DNA of 64,000 nt from Clostridia bacterium (lineage in GTDB: Bacteria > Bacillota > Clostridia > Oscillospirales > CAG-272), in contig JAGBTY010000020.1 of assembly GCA_017631085.1 (NCBI GenBank), positions 9,855 through 73,854 on the forward strand, given 5' to 3'. Positions 46,734 through 57,047 of this stretch are shown here, piece after piece. Both the position numbers and the translations under genes were made by a program. Position 1 is the first letter of the stretch; the number at the start of each line of letters is the position of its first letter. The notes under the pieces are model-generated. The model was not told where the DNA came from. It did no database searches and worked only from the letters and a program-made list of their open reading frames with translations.

Positions 46734-46953
46734 AAACAAAAGCTCCTAACAATGATGCACTAATATACACACATATTTTACCACAAAAAAAACTAAAAAA
46801 CAATACTTTACAAAAAATTTGTTTGTAAATATTTTATTTAATCAACATCCCTTCGCAAAAAGATTAAAGAATTGTTGTTTTTAAAAAACATATAGAATCA
46901 AAAAATCATTCAAACACCAATAGATGTAACACTTTTTTCCTTGCTCGCTTCTT

Positions 46954-48042
46954 TTATACTATCAACATCGCGTCGCCAAAGGAGAAAAATCTATACTTCT
47001 CCTCCACCGCGACCTTATATGCCTCCATTATCTTTTCTCTGTTATAGAGAGCCGATACAAGCATAAGAAGCGTACTTTCTGGCAAATGGAAATTTGTGAT
47101 GAGAGCGTCCACCGCTTTGAATTTATATCCGGGATAGATAAATATTCCCGTATCTCCCGATATTGCTCTTACGTGTCCATCGTCGTCCGTAGCACTCTCA
47201 AGGGTTCTGCATGACGTCGTTCCTACACATATGACCCTACCGCCTTTAGCTTTTGCCTCGTTTATAATATCCGCGCTTTCCTTTGAGACTGAGAAAAACT
47301 CGGTATGCATGACGTGTTCGTCTATTCTTTCGACCTTGACGGGACGAAATGTTCCAAGCCCTACGTGAAGCATTACAGGGGCTATCTTTACGCCCTTTTC
47401 CTTTATCTTCTCCAACAGTTCGGGAGTAAAATGAAGTCCGGCAGTAGGTGCTGCCGCAGAGCCTTCCTCACGGGCATACACTGTCTGATATCTGCTGTTA
47501 TCTCGAAGCTGTTCTGTTATGTAGGGAGGCAGAGGCATAAGACCTATCTGGTGAAGTATCTCATATATATTTGAATATTTTTCTCTGTCATAATCAAAAT
47601 GTATTATTCTGTTTCCCTCGTCGGTAATATCTACTACCTGTGACGTAAGACTTCCGTTACCGAATACTGCCACAGAGCCTATCCTTGCTCTCTTACCGGG
47701 TTTTACAAGGCACTCCCAAGTATCTATCTCGCGTTGTCTCAAAAGAAGCAACTCAAGTGTCGCGTCCTCTCTTCCCTTTGCGTGACCGTAAATTCTTGCG
47801 GGAATTACCTTGGAATCGTTTATTACGAGAACATCTCCCTCATGCAATCTGTCTATTATATTGTAAAAATGCTCATGCTCAATACTTCCGCTTTTTCTGT
47901 CAAGCACCATGAGCCTTGAATGATCCCTCTTTTCCGCAGGATGTTGAGCTATGAGCTCCTCGGGCAGATCATAAAAAAAATCTGATGCCTTAAGATCTGT
48001 GGGCTCTTTTTTATTTATAATACGTACTGAACTTTCTTTCAT
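46954..48042 (-). CDS. queA: S-adenosylmethionine:tRNA ribosyltransferase-isomerase
   Basis: Contains [34 protein letters not shown]...[12 protein letters not shown] and VGTTS.R.LE. Confidence 0.9.
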   Translation of the reverse strand: MKESSVRIINKKEPTDLKASDFFYDLPEELIAQHPAEKRDHSRLMVLDRKSGSIEHEHFYNIIDRLHEGDVLVINDSKVIPARIYGHAKGREDATLELLLLRQREIDTWECLVKPGKRARIGSVAVFGNGSLTSQVVDITDEGNRIIHFDYDREKYSNIYEILHQIGLMPLPPYITEQLRDNSRYQTVYAREEGSAAAPTAGLHFTPELLEKIKEKGVKIAPVMLHVGLGTFRPVKVERIDEHVMHTEFFSVSKESADIINEAKAKGGRVICVGTTSCRTLESATDDDGHVRAISGDTGIFIYPGYKFKAVDALITNFHLPESTLLMLVSALYNREKIMEAYKVAVEEKYRFFSFGDAMLIV

Positions 48043-48098
48043 TTCTTTTCCTTTTCCATACTTAAAATATATTTTCGTTGATAAATTTCAAAAAGTTA

Positions 48099-48127
48099 TT
48101 GACAGACAGCAAAAGTTATGCTATTAT
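48099..48127 (+). promoter_or_regulatory. sigma-A promoter (TTGACA-17-TATTAT) of the L-box/dapAB transcript
   Basis: Exact -35 and a 17-nt spacer. The -10 ends about 20 nt upstream of the riboswitch core. Confidence 0.55.
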
Positions 48128-48139
48128 ATTGTGGAAAGT

Positions 48140-48316
48140 ACATATAATTATGGTAGAGGTGCGACGTATCACTGCTATACTGTAAGGCTTCCGCAACCGT
48201 TTGAACAGTATACGCGAGGATATATCGCCGAAGGCATTCCGTTTGCGGTAGCGGCGTGTGCTGGTCATGTCGGTCAATAGCCGTATGATTGTCATCATTT
48301 TGATGGAGAGCTATCT
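48140..48316 (+). promoter_or_regulatory. lysine riboswitch (L-box)
   Basis: 5' GGTAGAGGTGCGAC, an internal CGCCGAAGG, and 3' TGATGGAGAGCTATC match conserved L-box blocks. It lies upstream of the lysine-pathway genes dapA and dapB. Confidence 0.8.
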
Positions 48317-48363
48317 GTTATTGTTGTAGTGTAAATCTGTATTTATATTATAGTACAATTTCA

Positions 48364-48390
48364 GCTGGTTTTCAACCAGTTTTTTATTTT
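48364..48390 (+). terminator. putative riboswitch-controlled terminator (expression platform)
   Basis: CTGGTT-ttc-AACCAG followed by TTTTTTATTTTTT. The stem is short. Confidence 0.4.
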
Positions 48391-48444
48391 TTATATGAAT
48401 TCTTTCGAAATTTTATTAAAAACAGAACAAAAGGAACAAATCAA

Positions 48445-49338
48445 ATGAGTAAGAACAAGCAAACTATCTTCACCGGGGCGGCAACAGCCATTATCACCCC
48501 ATTTTTAAACGGAGCGATCGACTACGAAAGCTTTGGAAAAATAATTGAAGACCAGATAGCAAGAAGCATCGATGCTATCGTCGTCGCAGGAACTACGGGT
48601 GAAGCGGCAACACTTACCCATGAGGAGCACTGCGAATGTATCAAATACGTTGTAGACAAGGTAGCGGGAAGAGTTCCTGTTATCGCAGGTACTGGCTCTA
48701 ATGATACCGCATACGGTATTGAACTTTCGAAGTACGCGTGTGAGGTCGGAGCAGATGCTCTTCTCCTCGTTACCCCCTACTACAATAAGGCAACATCCAA
48801 GGGACTTATCAAAAACTTCATCGAGACTGCAGAGGCGACCGATAAGCCTATTATTCTTTATAACGTTCCTTCAAGAACGGGCTGTAATATTTCCATTCCC
48901 GTTTACAAGGAACTTGCAAAGCACGAAAGAATAGTAGCCGTAAAGGAAGCATCCGGTAACCTCAGTGCCGTAGCAGAGCTTGCGGCTGAATGTGGAGACG
49001 ACCTTGACATTTATTCAGGAAATGACGACCAGATAGTTCCTATCATGTCTCTCGGTGGAAAGGGTGTCATCTCTGTCCTTTCAAATATTCTTCCAAAGGA
49101 AACTCATGATATTGCAGAGCTTTGTCTCAATGATAATTACAAAGCAGCTGCTGCGCTTCAGCTTAAATATCTGAAGCTTATAAACGCTCTCTTCTGTGAA
49201 GTAAACCCCGTTCCCGTAAAGACCGCAATGGCAGAGCTCAAGATGTGTGACATTGAAATGAGACTTCCGCTTTGTGAAATGGAGGACTCTAACAAAGAAA
49301 AACTCTTGGCTGCTATGAAGCTCCATAATCTTATATAA
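48445..49338 (+). CDS. dapA: 4-hydroxy-tetrahydrodipicolinate synthase
   Basis: Contains G...A..TPF, VAGTTGE, GTGSN.T, YYNK and YN.P.RT, with a KEASG active-site lysine context. Confidence 0.92.
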   Translation: MSKNKQTIFTGAATAIITPFLNGAIDYESFGKIIEDQIARSIDAIVVAGTTGEAATLTHEEHCECIKYVVDKVAGRVPVIAGTGSNDTAYGIELSKYACEVGADALLLVTPYYNKATSKGLIKNFIETAEATDKPIILYNVPSRTGCNISIPVYKELAKHERIVAVKEASGNLSAVAELAAECGDDLDIYSGNDDQIVPIMSLGGKGVISVLSNILPKETHDIAELCLNDNYKAAAALQLKYLKLINALFCEVNPVPVKTAMAELKMCDIEMRLPLCEMEDSNKEKLLAAMKLHNLI

Positions 49339-49377
49339 ACACAAACCTCTAAAGTATCAAAGAAAGGACTGTTTATC

Positions 49378-50154
49378 ATGATAAAGGTTATCCTTTGCGG
49401 TTGTCAAGGAAGAATGGGACAGGCGATAGCAACCAAGGTCGAATCGGAAAAGGCTTTAGGTATCAAAATAGTTGCAGGGGTTGACATAAACGGATCATCG
49501 GGTGCTCAAGTATGTAGCTTCCCTGTTTATAGCTCCATAAGCGATTTCCCCGGAAAAGCAGATGCTATAATAGATTTCTCGCATCATACCGCACTTCCCG
49601 CTCTGCTTGATTATTCAATATCTACAAGCACTCCCATAGTAGTGGCTACAACAGGACATACGGTTGAAGAAATTGAGCTTATGAAGAGCGCTTCCGAAAA
49701 GGTTGCTGTCTTTTCTTCGGGGAATATGTCCATAGGCATAAATCTTCTTATAGAGCTGTGCAGAAAAGCATCGTCAACTCTCGGACTTGGATTTGACATT
49801 GAAATAATAGAAAAACATCACAACAAAAAGCTCGATGCCCCCAGCGGAACTGCCCTTATGATAGCAAATGCTATCGCAGACGAAAGAGGCGAATGCGACA
49901 GCGAATTTGTATATGATCGCCATACCGTAAGAAAGCCTCGCGAATCCAAAGAAATAGGTATACATTCTGTCCGCGGTGGAACTATCGTAGGCGAACATGA
50001 GGTGCTTTTTGCGGGTGAAAATGAAATGATAACCATTTCTCACTCGGCAGCCTCACGCGAGATCTTTGCCGCAGGTGCATTGAGAGCATCTGTATATATT
50101 GCAGGCAAAATGGCAGGTCTTTATAACATGACCGACCTTATAAATAACATATAA
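49378..50154 (+). CDS. dapB: 4-hydroxy-tetrahydrodipicolinate reductase
   Basis: Contains GC.GRMG, DFSH, TTG, N.S.G.N and E..E.HH..K.DAPSGTA. Confidence 0.9.
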   Translation: MIKVILCGCQGRMGQAIATKVESEKALGIKIVAGVDINGSSGAQVCSFPVYSSISDFPGKADAIIDFSHHTALPALLDYSISTSTPIVVATTGHTVEEIELMKSASEKVAVFSSGNMSIGINLLIELCRKASSTLGLGFDIEIIEKHHNKKLDAPSGTALMIANAIADERGECDSEFVYDRHTVRKPRESKEIGIHSVRGGTIVGEHEVLFAGENEMITISHSAASREIFAAGALRASVYIAGKMAGLYNMTDLINNI

Positions 50155-50163
50155 TACATTACG

Positions 50164-50203
50164 AAAAAGCTGACAAATGACGGTTGTCATTTGTCAGCCT
50201 TTT
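50164..50203. terminator. bidirectional rho-independent terminator
   Basis: AAAAAGCTGACAAATGAC-ggtt-GTCATTTGTCAGCCTTTT. It overlaps the stop codon of the convergent HAD gene. Confidence 0.7.
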
Positions 50204-50838
50204 ATTTTTAAATATTCGATCAATGATACCAGATCGTCAAATATTTTTGCGTCTGTATGCTCCTCGAGATATTCTCTCGACTGATGACCTCTTGCAACAA
50301 GATAACATTCAGCACCAAGTAATTTTGCCGTTTCAGCATCATGGTCGGTATCGCCTATGAATATTGCTTTGCCGCAGTGCTTCTTTCGCCATTCTTTTGC
50401 TATATCAAGCTTTGAACCTGCATGAATATTATCGAGCCCCAATGCATCGTCAAAAAAGCCGTCTATACCAAGCGATTTAAGCTGTTCATTGAGCATGTTC
50501 TGCTCTGTTGCAGATATAATGATCTGGCGAATCCCACATCTTTTAATTTTTTTCAGCGTTTCTTCCACATCTGAAAACAGCCCTGCTCTCTTTACGTTTT
50601 CCAGATAAAGCGCTACCCAAAGGGGAGCTATTTTTTCATACGGTTCTTTTTCAAAATCAAATCCAAGACGCCTATAATAATCTATAATGGGAAAGCCAAA
50701 GACTTTATAATAATCCTCCTTACAGGAGAGAGTCGGAAGATCTCTTTCCTGTAATAATTGATTGACAGATATTATTCCGATCTCCACATCGTCAAGCAGA
50801 GTTCCGTTAAAATCCCAAATACAATATTTAATATCCAT
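50194..50838 (-). CDS. HAD-superfamily hydrolase (phosphoglycolate-phosphatase-like)
   Basis: Contains IWDFNGTLLDD (motif I), ISAT, and IGDTDHD (motif IV). Confidence 0.75.
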   Translation of the reverse strand: MDIKYCIWDFNGTLLDDVEIGIISVNQLLQERDLPTLSCKEDYYKVFGFPIIDYYRRLGFDFEKEPYEKIAPLWVALYLENVKRAGLFSDVEETLKKIKRCGIRQIIISATEQNMLNEQLKSLGIDGFFDDALGLDNIHAGSKLDIAKEWRKKHCGKAIFIGDTDHDAETAKLLGAECYLVARGHQSREYLEEHTDAKIFDDLVSLIEYLKIKG

Positions 50839-50846
50839 TTTTCTTC

Positions 50847-50880
50847 AAAAACAGGTCGCCCGAAAGCGACCTGTTTACTT
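50847..50880 (-). terminator. rho-independent terminator of the lipoprotein gene
   Basis: On the minus strand: AAACAGGTCGC-tttcgg-GCGACCTGTTTTTG. Confidence 0.7.
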
Positions 50881-50886
50881 TTTTAG

Positions 50887-52671
50887 TTATCCTTTTATAA
50901 CACAACCGATCTTAGTAAGCCACTCTTCATATATAGCAGCAAGGCTACTTCCTTCACCGTACGTATCTTCGTCATACTCCTCACCTAATGCAGGAGTATA
51001 GCTAGAGTTACCGTGTATTATTATGGAATTAAGAGAGTTGACCTCTATAAATGCCTTACTAAAGAAAGCCTCAAGCTCTTCCACAGTTTTACATGCAACC
51101 ATTTTATCATAATATTCAGCAGACTTTGCTTTCAGCTCTTCCATAAGACCTGCATTAAGTCCATATCCCGAATTTGCAACGTCAAATCCAAAAACAAGAC
51201 TAAGCTTTGCGTCTCTGTTCTGTTGCATCTGATATTCTCTTATATTATATGCCTCATTTGCATCTTCAAGAGGATAAGCAAGAAGAACGTTACCAGTCTT
51301 ATTAACATCCATCAAATAATCTTTGTTAAGTCTCTGAACTGTATAATATGTCTTTGTAGATCCTGTTATATCCTTCTCTTTGTACTCTTTAAGCATATAA
51401 TTTTCACCTTCTATTCCATAAAGAAGAAGGTTTCTGAAATCTGCATTGGTATTGAGATACGTAACGATCTCCATACTTCTCGAAACGCTCGTAGAAGATT
51501 TGTTTACCGCAAACATATCGGAATAAAGGTCTGCTGTTTCAAGTGCGGGCATTGCAACGGGAACTATTTCATATTCATCTCCGTATTTAGCAATAATTTC
51601 TGCTCCGCCCTTTACGTATCCAACAGCAAAATCCTTGTCCTTTTCTTCCTCTGTTGCATAATATCCAGCTTCCTTATAACTCATAAGTGTCTTTACCTGA
51701 TCGGTAAACTCGGCGTTTAAGAAGGTGTTCATGAATTTGGAATATTCACCCTCTGTTCCGTAATTCCACTCAGAATCATAAGAACCTGACAAGAGTGAGA
51801 ATCTTTCATAGTCATTCTTCAATGTATTCTTGTCGATCTTACCGTCTTCATCATAGCTGAAATCCGTACTGAAATATCTTATGTTAAGAAGGTCGTAAGC
51901 TTCTCCCGTTCCCGAATAAAGCGGAACGTATTCGTCGGACATATATTTGTCAACGTAACCAAGAACATCCTGACAAGAATCGCAAACCAAAGAAGTAAAT
52001 TCAGAATAATCCGAATTTCCACCGTATGTTCCATAGTTCATTTCCTTAAGAACATTTTTATTAAGAAGGAGATATGTATATTCACCTATAGGCTTATTCG
52101 TAGGAATAGCATATATACCCTTGTTATCCGCTTTCATTGAAGAAAGATATGCGGGAGTTATATATGAAGAAAGAAGCTTAGATGCGTTTGATACCTCATC
52201 ATTAAGGTTCTGAAGATATCCCGCTTTCATATACTGCTTGAATTTCGCCTGTCCACCAACATAGAAAATGTCTACCTGGCTATCCGAAATTGCGGGATAA
52301 ATAAGCTCTCCCTCTTCATTTGTCTGGTCACCTGCTTCTGCGGAGGTTTCTGTTTTTCCACCCTGCGCCTTGGATTCTACGAAATCCTCTTCAAGTGCAG
52401 TATAATATTCGTTCAAGGTAAAGAATCTAAGATCCAACTGTGTTTTAAATCTTGCCTTGGTTATTTTATTAACAGCTTCCTCAATTTTTTCTTCCTGATC
52501 TTCGCTTATTTCATTTTCGGAAACAAGATACATTGACAATGTTATCGTGCTCTTTGAAGCTTCTTCCTGGATATCCTTCAGTGCATCATCCTGCGAGTTT
52601 TCACCACAAGAAGCAAGCGCGCCAAGAATAAATATCATACTTATAAGAAGGCATACGATCCTTTTTTTCAT
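50887..52671 (-). CDS. large extracellular lipoprotein, probably an ABC-transporter solute-binding protein
   Basis: MKKRIVCLLISMIFILGALASCG is a lipobox signal. The ATG at 52671 follows GGAGGA. The size and composition resemble family-1 sugar-binding lipoproteins, but no permease gene is adjacent. Confidence 0.5.
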   Translation of the reverse strand: MKKRIVCLLISMIFILGALASCGENSQDDALKDIQEEASKSTITLSMYLVSENEISEDQEEKIEEAVNKITKARFKTQLDLRFFTLNEYYTALEEDFVESKAQGGKTETSAEAGDQTNEEGELIYPAISDSQVDIFYVGGQAKFKQYMKAGYLQNLNDEVSNASKLLSSYITPAYLSSMKADNKGIYAIPTNKPIGEYTYLLLNKNVLKEMNYGTYGGNSDYSEFTSLVCDSCQDVLGYVDKYMSDEYVPLYSGTGEAYDLLNIRYFSTDFSYDEDGKIDKNTLKNDYERFSLLSGSYDSEWNYGTEGEYSKFMNTFLNAEFTDQVKTLMSYKEAGYYATEEEKDKDFAVGYVKGGAEIIAKYGDEYEIVPVAMPALETADLYSDMFAVNKSSTSVSRSMEIVTYLNTNADFRNLLLYGIEGENYMLKEYKEKDITGSTKTYYTVQRLNKDYLMDVNKTGNVLLAYPLEDANEAYNIREYQMQQNRDAKLSLVFGFDVANSGYGLNAGLMEELKAKSAEYYDKMVACKTVEELEAFFSKAFIEVNSLNSIIIHGNSSYTPALGEEYDEDTYGEGSSLAAIYEEWLTKIGCVIKG

Positions 52672-52936
52672 TTTTTCCTCCATGAAACCTTTCGGTTCTA
52701 CTCTAAATTAAATACTATAATATTTTAACTCATTTTTAATAAAATGTCAAGTGATTTTTTCTCCTTAAAACCTATTAAAGATTTCCTCGTTTTTTATTTA
52801 TTAACATAAAATCTTTATTAGTTTTAAAAAGTTCAGCATTATTCACATATCAAATTCGATCGTTTTGTTCGTTATGTCAATTCATGTTGTATAGTTTAAA
52901 TAAATCATTTGATATTTTTTGTTAACTATAACGATT

Positions 52937-54076
52937 TTAGTCAAGAAATCCTCTCAAATGTCTTGCGCGACTGGGGTGGCGAAGCTTTCTGAGTGCTTTA
53001 GCCTCTATCTGACGTATTCTCTCTCTGGTAATGTTAAATTCTTTACCTACCTCTTCAAGAGTACGAGTTCTTCCATCGTAAAGTCCGAAGCGAAGCTTTA
53101 TAACGTGTTCCTCTCTGGGCGTCAGTGTATGAAGCTCCTTTTCGATTACTTCTCTGAGTATCGTTGTTGCGGCTGCATCGGAGGGAGCCGGCGTATCTTC
53201 ATCAGGAATAAAGTCTCCAAGATGGCTGTCCTCTTCTTCGCCTATGGGGGTTTCAAGAGACACGGGATCCTGAGCTATCTTCATTATCTCTCTTACCTTT
53301 TCTACACTCATTCCCATCTTTTCGCCGATCTCATCAGCCGTAGCCTCGCGACCAAGCTCCTGAAGCATCTGTCTTGAATATCTGGAAACCTTATGGATAG
53401 TCTCAACCATATGAACAGGAATTCTGATGGTTCTCGCCTGATCCGCAATAGCTCTCGTTATTGCCTGACGTATCCACCACGTTGCATACGTGGAAAATTT
53501 ATATCCTCTGCTGTAATCAAATTTGTCAACAGCCTTCATAAGTCCAAGATTTCCCTCTTGAATAAGATCAAGGAAAAACATTCCCTTTCCTACGTATCTT
53601 TTTGCGATACTTACGACAAGCCTGAGGTTAGCCTCTACAAGCTCGTTTTTAGCCGCGACCTTCATCTGTTCGGTAGAGTTTTCATCGATCATTATTTCTG
53701 CAAGCTTTCTTTCTCTTTCAGAAGTAAGAAGCGGAACTCGTCCTATTTCCTTAAGATACATTCTTACAGGGTCGTCAATAGCAAGACCTTCCTGCTCAAG
53801 TATCCTTTCCATATTTTCACTTGTACCGAAGGATTCGACCTCTGATTCTATTTCATTCATTTCGATTGCAGAGAGATCGCTGGGGAGAGGAATACCGTTA
53901 TCCTCAAGAGTATCGTATAATTTGTCAAGTGTCTCACTGTCAAGGTCCATTCCTTCAGCCGCTTCAGTAATGTCAGCGGTGGAAAGCTTACCCTGTTTTC
54001 CTTTTTCAATGAGCTCCTCTATGCTCATGACTTTTTCGTTTTTAACTTCATTGTTGTTTTCTGCCATTTCGTCCAC
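52937..54076 (-). CDS. rpoD: RNA polymerase primary sigma factor
   Basis: Regions 1.2 to 4.2 are present: YLKEIG, the sigma-70 region-2 block DLIQEGN.GLMKAV.KFD...G.KFSTYA.WWIRQAI, and [23 protein letters not shown]. Confidence 0.92.
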   Translation of the reverse strand: MDEMAENNNEVKNEKVMSIEELIEKGKQGKLSTADITEAAEGMDLDSETLDKLYDTLEDNGIPLPSDLSAIEMNEIESEVESFGTSENMERILEQEGLAIDDPVRMYLKEIGRVPLLTSERERKLAEIMIDENSTEQMKVAAKNELVEANLRLVVSIAKRYVGKGMFFLDLIQEGNLGLMKAVDKFDYSRGYKFSTYATWWIRQAITRAIADQARTIRIPVHMVETIHKVSRYSRQMLQELGREATADEIGEKMGMSVEKVREIMKIAQDPVSLETPIGEEEDSHLGDFIPDEDTPAPSDAAATTILREVIEKELHTLTPREEHVIKLRFGLYDGRTRTLEEVGKEFNITRERIRQIEAKALRKLRHPSRARHLRGFLD

Positions 54077-54078
54077 CC

Positions 54079-55875
54079 TTATTTTATTCCAGATATTTTA
54101 GGATCTTTCCTTTCTTTTGCTTTTCTTAACATTTCCTGTCTCGCCTTCAGGTCATCAAACCCGTCCGAGAGTGAAAGCGCGTTCTTTTCCTGCTTTATGC
54201 TTTCTATACACGATAAAAATACTTCTTTATCGTTTTTAGCCAAACGGCGACGCTCTACCTCCAGCTTTTCGATACGCCCCATTTCTTCAACACTAAAGTA
54301 CTGTCCAAGCAAGGCTTTGGAGAATCCGCCTTCGCTGTTTTCGAGCTTACATATCTCCTCAAATACTCTTCTGCCGAAATCCGTTACAAAATCATTAGGG
54401 GTTATGCCCGCCTGACCTTTTGCGGCTTCTTGCCTGAATTCGTCATATATGAGCATCAAAGCGATAACAGCTTCCTCGGAATTACTCGCACGTATATTCT
54501 TTGAGGATTCGAGATTAACTCTGTCTCCTATATTTTTTACCGAAAGCTGTGCGTCTCTTCCTTCTTTTTTCTTATATTCTTTTATTTTTCTGTATCTGAC
54601 ACGCTCAACGTCGTTTTTCATGGCTTCTGTATTGTTGCCAAGCACATCTGAAGCCCGTCTGATATAAATATCTCTCTCAACCTCCGAGCCTACTACAGCT
54701 ATCAGCTCACATACTTCAGACGATGCCTTTATTTTGTCTTCGGGCAAAGCTAAATTGTATTTTACGACAATTTTTTCAAGTTTAAAATCAAATCCTGACT
54801 TGCTTTCTCCAAGAAGCGACTTGAATTTTTCAGCACCGTATTTCTTTATAAACTCGTCAGGATCTTTAGCTCCCACAACACTTAATACCTTTACCTCAAG
54901 CCCAGCTTCATTCAAAAGTCTCATCGCCTTTGATGCCGCATTCTGTCCCGCCTCATCCGAGTCATAACATATTATTACCTTTTTGGTATACTTGGCAAAT
55001 ACTCGAGCCTGCTCAGACGTTATCGCAGTTCCAAGCGTTGCGACCGCGTTTTCGAAACCCGCCGCATGAAGCGCGATAACATCCATATAGCCTTCGCAAA
55101 GTATCATATATTCTTCCGAATGCTTCCTTGCGAAGTTAAGAGCAAATAAGTGACGGCTCTTCTTAAACGCAGGCGTGTCCGACGTATTCAAATATTTGGG
55201 CTTTGAATCGTCCATTACTCTTCCGCCAAATGCAACGATATTTCCAGAAGTATCTATTATGGGAAATATTATTCTATTTCTATAATAATCATATACTCTT
55301 CCAGTTTTTTTGCTTTTTCCACCCAAGAAGCCTATGACAAGCTCTTCGTCGGTATATCCGAGCTTTTTCATATGCTCTGTAAGTGCGCTGAAGCTGTCCG
55401 GAGAAAAGCCTAATCCGAAATGCTTTATGGTAGCACCCGAGAGCTTTCGGTTATCTCTTAAATAACTCATAGCCTCTTTGCCGTATTTATCGTCAAAAAG
55501 ACGGTCCCTGAAAAATCTCGCTGCCTCAAGATTCATCTCATATATTCTTTTCCTTGAAACAGTATCAGCTTCTCCCGCGTATTCATCCTCGGGAACAGGA
55601 ATTCCCGCCCTGTCTCCAAGCCATCTTACTGCATCCACGTAGGAAAGATTTTCAGCTCTCATGATAAAGGTTATCACGTCTCCTCCTGCACCGCAACCAA
55701 AGCAATAAAAGCTTCTCGTGTTCGGAAAAACGGTAAAGGAAGGAGTTCTTTCACTGTGAAAAGGACAAAGGCCGTTGGAATTTGAGCCTGCTCTTTTCAG
55801 TGTTACATAAGAAGATATGACCTGCTCTATATCGCTTCTGTATACTATCTCATCAATTATCTCTCTCGGTATCAT
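54079..55875 (-). CDS. dnaG: DNA primase
   Basis: Zinc finger CPFH...PSF.V......F.CFGCG.GGD, the Toprim motif EGYMDV, and a C-terminal DnaB-interaction region. Confidence 0.92.
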   Translation of the reverse strand: MIPREIIDEIVYRSDIEQVISSYVTLKRAGSNSNGLCPFHSERTPSFTVFPNTRSFYCFGCGAGGDVITFIMRAENLSYVDAVRWLGDRAGIPVPEDEYAGEADTVSRKRIYEMNLEAARFFRDRLFDDKYGKEAMSYLRDNRKLSGATIKHFGLGFSPDSFSALTEHMKKLGYTDEELVIGFLGGKSKKTGRVYDYYRNRIIFPIIDTSGNIVAFGGRVMDDSKPKYLNTSDTPAFKKSRHLFALNFARKHSEEYMILCEGYMDVIALHAAGFENAVATLGTAITSEQARVFAKYTKKVIICYDSDEAGQNAASKAMRLLNEAGLEVKVLSVVGAKDPDEFIKKYGAEKFKSLLGESKSGFDFKLEKIVVKYNLALPEDKIKASSEVCELIAVVGSEVERDIYIRRASDVLGNNTEAMKNDVERVRYRKIKEYKKKEGRDAQLSVKNIGDRVNLESSKNIRASNSEEAVIALMLIYDEFRQEAAKGQAGITPNDFVTDFGRRVFEEICKLENSEGGFSKALLGQYFSVEEMGRIEKLEVERRRLAKNDKEVFLSCIESIKQEKNALSLSDGFDDLKARQEMLRKAKERKDPKISGIK

Positions 55876-56891
55876 TCTTTAGGCCCTCTCCACACTTTCG
55901 GGATACAGATATCCGAATAAACTTCTATCGCATATCTGTCGGTCATTCCCGAAATAAAATCACAAGCACATCTTTCAACCGAGTCTCTGTCACAGTTTCT
56001 TTTGTAAGTGTCAGGCATTTTTTCCGGATGCTTAACAAAATACTCAAAGAGATACATAAGCATTACCTGTGCCTTTGATTCTTCAGATTTGGCAATAGGG
56101 TTTCTATATACTCTCTCAAACAAAAACTCTCTGAGGGAATCGGTAGCCGCTTGTACTTCGGTCTCCATAGATATAGAAGGTCTGTTCATACTCGATCTTA
56201 TGATCGAGGAAACCATCGTATCTATTCTTTCGGAATGACTGTTTCCAAGAATATCGCGAAGCCCCGACGGAATATCCCGCTCGGAAAGTATACCTGCTCT
56301 GCAAGCATCGTCAATATCATGATTTATGTATGCTATTCTATCCGCAAATTTAACTATAACGCCTTCTAAAGTAGATGCCATGTGTTTTCCGGTATGGTTA
56401 ACGATACCGTCCCTCACTTCATAGCAAAGATTGAGCCCCTGACCTTCATTTTCGAGCTTTTCGACTACTCTAAGACTTTGCTTATAGTGTGTAAACGACG
56501 GATCAAAGCACTTTTGCATAGCGAATTCACCTGCGTGGCCGAAGGGAGTATGACCTATATCGTGCCCGAGTGCTGCGGCTTCGGTAAGGTCCTCGTTAAG
56601 TCTTAAGCCTCTTGCGATTATTCTTGCTATCTGCGTGACCTCAAGAGTGTGAGTCATTCTTGTTCTGTAATGGTCACCGGTTGGTGCTAAAAACACCTGT
56701 GTCTTATACATAAGTCTTCTGAAAGACTGTGAGTGAAGTATCCTATCTCGGTCTCTTTGAAATTCAGTTCTTATATCACAAGGAACACAGGGGGTTTCTC
56801 TACCTTTTGTAGCAGAGGTAGGGAATGCGTATACCGAAAGATTTTCTTTTTCATGCTCAAGAAATCTATCCCTTATGCTTTGTACTTCCAT
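55872..56891 (-). CDS. dgt: dGTP triphosphohydrolase-like HD-domain protein
   Basis: Contains F.RDRDRI.HS..FRRL..KTQVF, R.TH.LEV.QIAR, and HDIGH.PFGH. It overlaps the dnaG start by 4 nt. Confidence 0.85.
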   Translation of the reverse strand: MEVQSIRDRFLEHEKENLSVYAFPTSATKGRETPCVPCDIRTEFQRDRDRILHSQSFRRLMYKTQVFLAPTGDHYRTRMTHTLEVTQIARIIARGLRLNEDLTEAAALGHDIGHTPFGHAGEFAMQKCFDPSFTHYKQSLRVVEKLENEGQGLNLCYEVRDGIVNHTGKHMASTLEGVIVKFADRIAYINHDIDDACRAGILSERDIPSGLRDILGNSHSERIDTMVSSIIRSSMNRPSISMETEVQAATDSLREFLFERVYRNPIAKSEESKAQVMLMYLFEYFVKHPEKMPDTYKRNCDRDSVERCACDFISGMTDRYAIEVYSDICIPKVWRGPKE

Positions 56892-56989
56892 TACCCTTCC
56901 TCCTTTTTTATTATTTATTCCTATCTAATTATAATATATCAATTTTTTTTGAAAAATACTTTTTTTGACATGATTTTTGTTTGTTTTTT

Positions 56990-57033
56990 AATAAAAATCA
57001 CTCCAACCCACGTACAAATGTGATTTGGAGTGA
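56990..57033 (-). terminator. rho-independent terminator of the aspartate kinase gene
   Basis: On the minus strand: ATCACTCCAA-...-TTGGAGTGAT followed by TTTTTATT. Confidence 0.65.
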
Positions 57034-57047
57034 TAAAATTCTATTTT

